This document shows positions 1 through 7,152 of a DNA stretch of 64,000 nt, one piece after another; positions within the stretch are counted from its first letter, which is position 1; every line of letters begins with the position of its first letter. Origin of the DNA: Candidatus Limnocylindria bacterium (lineage in GTDB: Bacteria > Chloroflexota > Limnocylindria > QHBO01); the NCBI GenBank assembly GCA_038250515.1, contig JBBSCG010000004.1, positions 5,108-69,107 of the forward strand, written 5' to 3'. The notes under the pieces are model-generated. The model ran no database searches. It was not told the DNA's origin and saw only the letters and a list, made by a program, of their open reading frames with translations. The translations under genes were made by a program, and so were the position numbers.

Positions 1-2
1 CG

Positions 3-95
3 ACGGCAATCCGCGCCGCAATCTACCTGCTGGTGGCCGCCATCCTGGTCGCGGGCGCGTACATCGCGGTTCTTCGCGTCCCCGCCTTCGGCTGA
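3..95 (+). CDS. 3' end of a membrane protein, truncated by the window edge
   Basis: Frame 3 reads TAIRAAIYLLVAAILVAGAYIAVLRVPAFG*, one hydrophobic helix with GC3-rich codons. Confidence 0.55.
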   Translation, partial: TAIRAAIYLLVAAILVAGAYIAVLRVPAFG

Positions 96-281
96 CCTCG
101 CTCCGCGGTCGCCCGCCGCCGTGCTTACGCAGACTGTACCGATTCCGCATTGGAGCTGCTCCGGCCGGCTTGCTCGCCGCTGCGGACCGACTTCGTCCGG
201 AGGCCGTGTTTTCGAGCCCCTTACATCCGTCGATGAGGCCCCTCTCGCGGTTGGCGTTGGGATATCGCCCGCAATGGTTGG

Positions 282-306
282 TTGACATCAGGGACTATAG
301 TCTATA
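282..306 (+). promoter_or_regulatory. Promoter/operator of the Cys-rich peptide cassette
   Basis: Perfect TTGACA at 282-287, then overlapping palindromes GACTATAGTC (293-302) and TATAG-T-CTATA (296-306). The -10 element is not clean. Confidence 0.45.
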
Positions 307-339
307 CGTGGGTAATCGCAGTGAGATGAGGTAGGGGAC

Positions 340-678
340 ATGGAAAGGCTCGCTGAATTCTCCGAGCGCGCCGGCGAAGCGATCGCGCGTCGGCGCTTCC
401 TTGGACGCGCGGCTACCTGGGGGGCCGGGCTTGCGGGAGCGCTGCTGCTTCCTTCCCTTTCGAGGGCGGGCACCAGCGATGCCGAGAGCAACCGCGTGTC
501 GAGCGTGCACCAAACGGGACTTCGCGCCTGCACCATCTATTGCACCAAAGTCGAGTCGTGCGGAGCGTGTGCCGCCAGCAAGTCATGGCACCGCTGCGTC
601 AACACCTGTGATGGCTTCGTCTCCTACGCCTGCCTGTCGCCGTGCAACAGCTTCTGCCAATCGATCGGAACCTGCTAA
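340..678 (+). CDS. Tat-exported cysteine-rich small protein (10 Cys in the C-terminal 49 aa)
   Basis: Twin-arginine motif ARRRFLG, hydrophobic h-region and SRA cleavage-like site. Core pattern C-x3-C-x5-C-x2-C-x8-C-x3-C-x7-C-x3-C-x3-C-x5-C. Purine-rich RBS-like GAGGTAGGGG upstream. Confidence 0.85.
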   Translation: MERLAEFSERAGEAIARRRFLGRAATWGAGLAGALLLPSLSRAGTSDAESNRVSSVHQTGLRACTIYCTKVESCGACAASKSWHRCVNTCDGFVSYACLSPCNSFCQSIGTC

Positions 679-693
679 GCGGGACCGCAGCAC

Positions 694-3363
694 GTGCTCC
701 GCTTCGCCTTGGCACAACTCTGGTCCAGTCGCGTCGCTACGGTCCTGGCGTCGCTCGGCCTGCTGACGGCAACCGTAGGGTTCCTCCTTCTGACCAGTAC
801 ATCGAGGACCACCCGCGCGGTGGTCACCGGCGATCTTAGTCGAGCGTGGCGCGCCCCCTACGACATTCTGGTTCGGCCCCTGGGTGCGCGTGCCGATCTT
901 GAAGAGCGCCAAGGGCTGCTACGTCCGAATTTCTTGTCTGGCGTGACCGGTGGGATTACTCGCGATCAGCTCGCCGCGATCCGGGACGTTAGTGGAGTGC
1001 AGATTGCCGCCCCGATTGCGCTCGCCGGGATGGTGACCTGGCCGTCGGCCGTCTCGATCAACGACCTAGTGCCGTACGTCGACGATGAGAGCTCACTCCA
1101 ATTGTTCAGACTAACTCTTGAACTCCGCGGTGAGGCGGGACTGTCGCGCTATCCGGCACCGCCACCCGACTACTTACTGGTCGCGCCACATGGTCGCATC
1201 GATCTGAAGGAGTCCACCGAATCTACGGAGGTCAGGCTGTCCGCGGCGAGTCACAGCCTCGATTGTTATCAAGTCCCCGTTTCGCCCGACGAGAAGGTGG
1301 CCGTGCCGTGTTTTGGCGGCGATAGCGCCGGGGTTGACAACGGATTCTTCCGACCCAGTGCCGTACCGGCGGATCGTCCGGCGATCTGGGCACGCTTCAA
1401 TCAGCCGATCGTCGTCGCGGGGATCGATCCGTCAGCCGAGGCGGCGCTGGTCGGACTCGATTCGTGCCTGGCCTCGGGGCGCTACCTGACCAACAGCGAT
1501 GGGCCAATGCTGGCTAAAAGGCCGAACATACCGGAAGAGGTGTCGGTCATTCCAATGCTGGTCAGCAACCAGTCGTTTCTCGATGAAGATTTGACCTTGC
1601 GGGTCGAACGCTCATCGGCGGATGGGCTCTGGAACGGAGCATCCATTGCGCAGCTGGATGACTGGCGGGAGGTCGCCCGCGTCACGGCGACTGCCGATGA
1701 CGCCTATCGCAACTTTCTCCCCACTCTGTCGTCGAGCAACACGACACTCATCGGCTCATCACTCTGGACGCCGAGCGACGTCTCCTACACGACGGTCGGG
1801 CCGGACCATCTGGCCGCCCACAGCATGCAGCCGAATCTCGCGCTGTTCGCTTCCCCGCGATTCTCGCAGGGGGTGGATGTGCCGCCTGAAGCACACGACG
1901 ATTGGTTCCGTTCGCTCACTCCGCACCCTCAGATCCTCGCTGGTGAGCCTCCTCCGATCTTCGGACTGGCGGGCCAGTACGATCCGACCTGTCTTCCGGG
2001 ATTCGACCCGCTCGCCGGCTATCGGCTGGAAACCTACGCTCCCGCTCAGGTAGCTCTAGCCAATGGCGAAGTATTGGGGCCCACACGAAACATGGCCGGC
2101 TACGTCAACTCGCCGCCCCTCGCGTTGACGACGCTGGAGACCGCGGAATGGCTCGCCGATCCGAAGCGTTTTGAAGGAAGGCCGGGTTCTGCATTCATCA
2201 GCGCTGTGCGAATACGGGTAAATGGGGCAGAGGAGCCAGGACCGATTGCGGAGGCGCGCTTGGCCCGAGTCAGCGAAGACATTGCTACCGCCACGGGCCT
2301 GGACGTCGACATTGTCGTCGGCTCGAGCCCCCGTCCGATTCAGGTGGATCTGCCGGATGGAAAGTTCGGACGTCCCGCCCTGACCGTCAGCGAGGGGTGG
2401 TCGGTCAAGGGTGTTGCGGTTCGCTTCCTCGAGGCAGTGCGGATCCAGGATGTCGTCATCTTCAGCCTTGTACTGGTGGCCGCAGGGCTTCTCGTAGCGG
2501 AAACGGCGTACCTCTCCGTTCGACAACGACGGCTTCAGTTTGGTCTCCTGCGAGCCCTCGGTTGGTCCCGGCTACGGATTGCCGTGCTGGTCGAACTGGA
2601 GATGCTGCTGCTGGGCGCGGCAGTCGGAATTGTCGCGTTGCTCATCGGAGTTGGGTTGACACAGACCGGCGTCGGCGCGGCGCCCATTCTCGCCGCCATT
2701 CCGCTCTCCGTACTGATTGCTGGCCTGGGCGCTCTTGGTCCGGCATTCGCGGCCTCGCGTGGCCCAGCAGTTCAGACGCTTCGAGGAAATCCAATCACAG
2801 CAACTGGCCGATTCAATAGCATCGGCGCCTTCTCTATAAACGAACTGCTCAGAAACCGGCGTGTCGAAGCGGGTCTCGGCCTATTGGCGGTCGTCATGGC
2901 ATCCGTCCTATTGGGCAGCGTTCTGCTGGTGACCACGGCGTTCGCCGGCACACTCGACACGACGCTCCTGGGCACCTACCTGTCTGGCCGAGTGCAACCG
3001 TTCCATCTGTTGATCACCGGGTTGACGTTTGTCGTCACCATTTTCGCGATCGCCGAGATCGTCATGATCAGCTATCTCGAACGCGCACCCGAACTTGCCA
3101 CGCTACGTGCGCTGGGTTGGCCCCGCCGTGCATTGGCGATGTTCATCGTGACGCAGGCATTTGTCCTCGGCTTGATCGGCGGTTTGGTTGGCGGAGGAGT
3201 CGTCGGCGTCTTGGGGGTGGGCCTTGGAGCGAGCCCCGCCGCCCTACTGGGATCGGCCGCGGCGGCGAGCCTGACCGCGACGCTCCTGACGACGGCGGCA
3301 AGTGCTGGACCCCTGGCCTACATCTATCGGGCGCAGCCGATCACGACGTTGCGGGCCGAGTGA
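694..3363 (+). CDS. MacB/FtsX-family ABC transporter permease with a large extracytoplasmic domain
   Basis: N-terminal TM helix, about 550-aa soluble domain, two FtsX repeats (RQRRLQFGLLRALGW; ERAPELATLRALGW). Confidence 0.85.
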   Translation: MLRFALAQLWSSRVATVLASLGLLTATVGFLLLTSTSRTTRAVVTGDLSRAWRAPYDILVRPLGARADLEERQGLLRPNFLSGVTGGITRDQLAAIRDVSGVQIAAPIALAGMVTWPSAVSINDLVPYVDDESSLQLFRLTLELRGEAGLSRYPAPPPDYLLVAPHGRIDLKESTESTEVRLSAASHSLDCYQVPVSPDEKVAVPCFGGDSAGVDNGFFRPSAVPADRPAIWARFNQPIVVAGIDPSAEAALVGLDSCLASGRYLTNSDGPMLAKRPNIPEEVSVIPMLVSNQSFLDEDLTLRVERSSADGLWNGASIAQLDDWREVARVTATADDAYRNFLPTLSSSNTTLIGSSLWTPSDVSYTTVGPDHLAAHSMQPNLALFASPRFSQGVDVPPEAHDDWFRSLTPHPQILAGEPPPIFGLAGQYDPTCLPGFDPLAGYRLETYAPAQVALANGEVLGPTRNMAGYVNSPPLALTTLETAEWLADPKRFEGRPGSAFISAVRIRVNGAEEPGPIAEARLARVSEDIATATGLDVDIVVGSSPRPIQVDLPDGKFGRPALTVSEGWSVKGVAVRFLEAVRIQDVVIFSLVLVAAGLLVAETAYLSVRQRRLQFGLLRALGWSRLRIAVLVELEMLLLGAAVGIVALLIGVGLTQTGVGAAPILAAIPLSVLIAGLGALGPAFAASRGPAVQTLRGNPITATGRFNSIGAFSINELLRNRRVEAGLGLLAVVMASVLLGSVLLVTTAFAGTLDTTLLGTYLSGRVQPFHLLITGLTFVVTIFAIAEIVMISYLERAPELATLRALGWPRRALAMFIVTQAFVLGLIGGLVGGGVVGVLGVGLGASPAALLGSAAAASLTATLLTTAASAGPLAYIYRAQPITTLRAE

Positions 3364-3366
3364 AGG

Positions 3367-3801
3367 ATGGCGATGTTCAGTACGATTACTGCACTCGGTG
3401 TTGCCACCCTCTTTCTCGTGTCGGGTATTGCGAAGGTTACCAATCCAAGCAGTTTTCGTTCGGTTCTGTTCAGTACCTACCACATGCCTCGACGATTGGC
3501 ATTTGTCGCGTCGTTCGGCGTACCGCTCGCAGAGATCGTTTTGGCTGTGCTTCTGCTTGTCCCAAAAGTGCGACCAATCGGACTGATCGCGGCCGTTTGC
3601 CTGTTCCTGGTGTTCACTTTGACCCAAGCGGTGGCCTGGTCGGCCGGATGGAGCGGCGAGTGTGGCTGCTTCGGGAGCCTCAAACGGCAGCACCTAGGAG
3701 GCCGGACCCTCTTGCAGGTCACACTCTTGGCTCTCGTCACGAGCGTCGCCATGGCGCTGTCGATAAACGAAGCCTCTACCCACGTGGCTGGGCTTCGGTG
3801 A
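3367..3801 (+). CDS. MauE/DoxX-family redox membrane protein
   Basis: FLVSGIAK, VPLAEIVLA and GECGCFG motifs; four TM segments. Confidence 0.85.
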   Translation: MAMFSTITALGVATLFLVSGIAKVTNPSSFRSVLFSTYHMPRRLAFVASFGVPLAEIVLAVLLLVPKVRPIGLIAAVCLFLVFTLTQAVAWSAGWSGECGCFGSLKRQHLGGRTLLQVTLLALVTSVAMALSINEASTHVAGLR

Positions 3802-4343
3802 CCGACTTGCTTCCTATTATCACCTCCGTTGCGGCAGTGATCCTGTCAGCCCTTGCGCTCGCTCTGGCGGCGGGTGCGACGCTCAGGTTAGCGAGGTTGG
3901 AGCGAGCCGTTCAAGGGTCTACGCGAGGACTGCCAAATGGATCAGTTGCGCCGCTCAAGCCGCTCGAGACACTCATCGGGAGTGGGAACTCAGAGATGTG
4001 GATGGAGGGGCCATCACTCATCATCTTCGCAAGTGCCGCTTGCCCACCCTGCCGTGAACTGATGGAGACCATCGAAGATCTCGCCACTCCCTTCTCAGGG
4101 CGGGTGTTGGTTGCCGATGTCGGCGCAGATACCGAAACGTTGAGGCGAATGGTCCGATCCGATGCGGCGAAGGTTCGGAACGATCAAGATCGCATTTTGC
4201 AGCATGCCTTTGGGAGCGACACCACTCCCCATTCGTTTCTTGTCCTGCACGGCGAGGTCGCCGACCAAGCGATAGGCAGCGATATTCAGCGATTGGTGGA
4301 GCACGCGCGGACCGGCGCGAAGCAAACGCAAACCACGGCATGA
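3798..4343 (+). CDS. MauD/TlpA-like membrane-anchored thioredoxin
   Basis: GTG start overlaps the previous stop (GTGA). N-terminal TM, GLPNGSVAP, F-x4-CPPC and a cis-Pro-like TTP motif. Confidence 0.8.
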   Translation: MTDLLPIITSVAAVILSALALALAAGATLRLARLERAVQGSTRGLPNGSVAPLKPLETLIGSGNSEMWMEGPSLIIFASAACPPCRELMETIEDLATPFSGRVLVADVGADTETLRRMVRSDAAKVRNDQDRILQHAFGSDTTPHSFLVLHGEVADQAIGSDIQRLVEHARTGAKQTQTTA

Positions 4344-4891
4344 GCCTGCAGGGAGCGCTCGCCGGCCTGCTCCTTCGGGGTCCTGCGCACGGTTACGAAC
4401 TGCATGCTGCGCTCGAGGCGGAGTTAGGCCCCCTCTGGTCGGTGCGCGCAAGTCAGGTGTATCTAACCTTGGGCAGAATGACCCGAGACGGCCTGATCCG
4501 TTCGCGGCGTGTGCGTCAGTCGTCACGCCCCGACCGGCAGATACTGACCCTCACTGCGTCGGGGCGCACGCTCGCCAGCTCGTTCTTGATGGACGAGGGT
4601 CCTGCAGCCGAAATGGTCGTACGACTATGCATCGCCCGGCTCTCGACGCCCGAGAGCTTTGGCGCGGTGTTGGATGCGATCACCGAGGAGCAGTCCGCCG
4701 CCGTACATCGCCTGCGCCGCCTGCTGCCGGGGTCCGAGGCCGGATTTCAAGAAGAGGCGCTGCAGTTGGAGATTGCGCGCCGCGAAGCGGACTTGCGGTG
4801 GCTCGCCGTCGTGCGCGATAAGGCGGATGCCGTCGTCGACCGGCCTCCGGCGCGGAATATGGCAGACACGGTGATCCGCCTTGCGCGATAG
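4340..4891 (+). CDS. PadR-family transcriptional regulator
   Basis: LAGLLLRGPAHGYEL, SQVYLTLGRM, RPDRQILTLTASG. Confidence 0.9.
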   Translation: MSLQGALAGLLLRGPAHGYELHAALEAELGPLWSVRASQVYLTLGRMTRDGLIRSRRVRQSSRPDRQILTLTASGRTLASSFLMDEGPAAEMVVRLCIARLSTPESFGAVLDAITEEQSAAVHRLRRLLPGSEAGFQEEALQLEIARREADLRWLAVVRDKADAVVDRPPARNMADTVIRLAR

Positions 4892-5609
4892 AGTCGCCAT
4901 CTCGTTGCAGGGCGCCGGACGCACGTACCGCGAGGCCGCGCAGAGCATCGCCGCGCTGCGCGATCTCACCCTTGACATCGCCTACAATGAGAGTCTGGCC
5001 GTGACCGGCCCTTCCGGGTCCGGCAAGACGACTCTCTTGCACTTGATCGCTGGACTCGATCGTCCTACCAGCGGGACCGTCACGGTCCTTGGTCAGCGGC
5101 TGGAGGACGCATCGGAAGGGACTCTGACCAGGTTTCGCGCCAAGCGGGTAGGTATCGTGTTCCAGGATCCGCATCTGCTTCCCGGGCTATCAGCTCTCAA
5201 CAACATCGTGATAGCCGGCCTGCCGTATGCCTCCCGAAAGCTGCTCGAGTCCGAGGCTAGGGAGTTGTTGGAGGCTGTCGGATTAGGTGCGCGGATGGAT
5301 GCTTCACCCACCCGACTGTCGGGGGGAGAGCGCCAGCGTGTCGGGATTGCGCGTGCGCTGCTTGGGGGCCGGCCGATTCTCGTCGCGGATGAGCCGACGG
5401 GCAATCTTGACGCTGCGACCACGGAGGAGATCCTCTCACTTATCGATCGCCTCCGGCTGCAGCGTGAACTCACGGTCGTACTCGCGACACACGACCCGGC
5501 TGTGGCAAGCTTCGCTGACCGCGTGGTGCGGCTGATCGACGGACGGCTCGACGGGGAGCACCGACCGAATCGCCCCGGCCCACTCGAGGTCCATGAGCTC
5601 GATTCGTAG
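4881..5609 (+). CDS. ABC transporter ATP-binding protein (LolD/MacB type)
   Basis: Walker A GPSGSGKT, LSGGE signature, ADEPTGNLD, ATHD. Confidence 0.92.
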   Translation: MRDRVAISLQGAGRTYREAAQSIAALRDLTLDIAYNESLAVTGPSGSGKTTLLHLIAGLDRPTSGTVTVLGQRLEDASEGTLTRFRAKRVGIVFQDPHLLPGLSALNNIVIAGLPYASRKLLESEARELLEAVGLGARMDASPTRLSGGERQRVGIARALLGGRPILVADEPTGNLDAATTEEILSLIDRLRLQRELTVVLATHDPAVASFADRVVRLIDGRLDGEHRPNRPGPLEVHELDS

Positions 5610-5781
5610 GAGTACGAGCGTACCCTTGCCCAGCCGCGACGACGCCTCGACCGCGGTGCCTCCCCACACAGACCCTGCAGGGCCGCAAACGGCCTGATGA
5701 GGGTCGGCGGAACGCGCCTCTTGCGTACCGGCTCTTGCATGGCGCCACTTGCGATGGCGCGGCGGATTGAGTTAGCGCCAG

Positions 5782-5810
5782 TTGACGCCTGGCCGCCAGC
5801 GGCTCATGAT
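5782..5810 (+). promoter_or_regulatory. sigma70-type promoter of the trp leader
   Basis: TTGACG-N17-CATGAT just upstream of the T-box. Confidence 0.6.
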
Positions 5811-5832
5811 GCGCGCTCAATCGAACACGACA

Positions 5833-6090
5833 GGCGTCGACCGGGACGAGTACTCCGCCTCGACAGGCCACTTCAGCGAGCCGGGATGGTGCAAGCCGGC
5901 GTGGACCGCACGGACGAACTGGACCCGCGAGCTTCGCTCCGAACCCCGATCAGGGCAGTAGGCGGCGACGGACGTGAGCCACCGTTAGCATCGGGCTCGA
6001 ACCAAGCGCGGATCTGCTCGGCGGATCCGAACCAGGGTGGCACCGCGGAAGAACGCCTCCGTCCCTTCAATGGATGGAGGCGTTGTCATA
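5833..6090 (+). ncRNA. T-box riboswitch with tryptophan (UGG) specifier
   Basis: Stem I AGTA, AGCGAG and GGTGCAA boxes; specifier loop GAACTGGA (TGG at 5920-5922); stem II GAA/AGTA; CCGTTA F-box; antiterminator AGGG-TGGCACC-GCGG...CCGT-CCCT; competing hairpin AACGCCTCCGTCC/GGATGGAGGCGTT. Confidence 0.92.
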
Positions 6091-6108
6091 TCCGGAAGGA
6101 TGAAACCC

Positions 6109-7152
6109 ATGGCGAGCAGGACGGACGAATCGGCCCAGCACCGGCCGGCGGTGGCAGCCGCGGTCGAGCTCGTCGCCAACGGCGCCCCGATGCCGGCACC
6201 CCTCGCTGAGGCGGCCATGGAAGAGCTGATGGACGGCAGCGCGCCGGCCATCCAGGTGGCGGCGCTGCTGGCCATGCTGCGCCTGCGAGGCGAGACGCCG
6301 GAAGAGCTGGCGGCGTTTGCCCGGGTCATGCGTGCGCGCGCCGTGCACGTCGAGGCTCCCGAGAACGCGGTCGATCTGTGCGGCACCGGCGCCGACGGAA
6401 GCGGCACCTTCAACATCTCGACGCTGGCCGCCTTCGTGGTGGCCGGAGCGGGTGTGCCGGTGGCAAAGCACGGCAATCGCGCGATCACCAGCCGATGCGG
6501 ATCCGCGGACCTGATCGAGGCGCTTGGCATCCCGCTCGATCCGGGACCCGAAACAGTGGCGAGGTCCATCCGCGAGACCTGCTTCGGCTTCATGTTCGCG
6601 CCGTCCTACCACCCAGCGCTCAAGCACGCCATACCTATCCGTCGCGAGCTGCCGATCCGCACCGTCTTCAATCTCCTTGGACCGATTTCGTCGCCGGCGG
6701 GCGTTCGCCGCCAGCTGCTTGGCGTGGCCGATGTGGGCCTGCTGCCGCTCATCGCCGGGGCGCTGGCCCGACTGCAGACGCTGCGAGCGCTGGTCATCCA
6801 CTCCCCGGAGGGTTTGGACGAGCTGACGCTCAATGGCCCGAACCGGGCGATGCTGGTCGAAGGCCGCACCGTGTCAGAGATGGAGATCGACGCCGCGGCC
6901 TTCGGGTTGAAGCGAGCGCCAGCCTCCGCGTTGGCCGGCGGTGACGCGCAGCTCAACGCAGCCATCGCCATGTCCGTGCTCGGCGGCGAGCCGGGCCCGG
7001 CGCGTGATGTGACGCTGCTCAACGCCGGCGCGGCGCTTTTCGCGGCGGGACGAGTGGCGGATGTTGCCGAGGGCGTCGAGCTGGCGGCGACCTCCATCGA
7101 TTCAGGCAAGGCCGCTGAGGTCGTCACCGCGGCAGCAGCGATCATAGCATGA
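6109..7152 (+). CDS. trpD: Anthranilate phosphoribosyltransferase
   Basis: [28 protein letters not shown]. Start chosen after the GGAAGGA RBS. Confidence 0.95.
   Translation: MASRTDESAQHRPAVAAAVELVANGAPMPAPLAEAAMEELMDGSAPAIQVAALLAMLRLRGETPEELAAFARVMRARAVHVEAPENAVDLCGTGADGSGTFNISTLAAFVVAGAGVPVAKHGNRAITSRCGSADLIEALGIPLDPGPETVARSIRETCFGFMFAPSYHPALKHAIPIRRELPIRTVFNLLGPISSPAGVRRQLLGVADVGLLPLIAGALARLQTLRALVIHSPEGLDELTLNGPNRAMLVEGRTVSEMEIDAAAFGLKRAPASALAGGDAQLNAAIAMSVLGGEPGPARDVTLLNAGAALFAAGRVADVAEGVELAATSIDSGKAAEVVTAAAAIIA

Noticed and set aside
3117-3797. N-terminal half of the 408-aa ORF
   Set aside because: Out-of-frame overlap with the permease and mauE; the real start is the GTG at 3798.
340-4343. 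Methylamine dehydrogenase (mau) cluster
   Set aside because: No MauB or MauG in the window. The peptide is shorter than MauA and has a single Trp in its mature part, so TTQ cannot form.
5671-5706. Hairpin containing CTGATGA (possible hammerhead or fluoride riboswitch)
   Set aside because: No stem II-GAAA or cleavage triplet and no fluoride-riboswitch 5' element; treated as an ordinary hairpin.
6037-6108. Extended trpD N-terminus or attenuator leader peptide
   Set aside because: It overlaps the T-box antiterminator/terminator and has no Trp-codon run.
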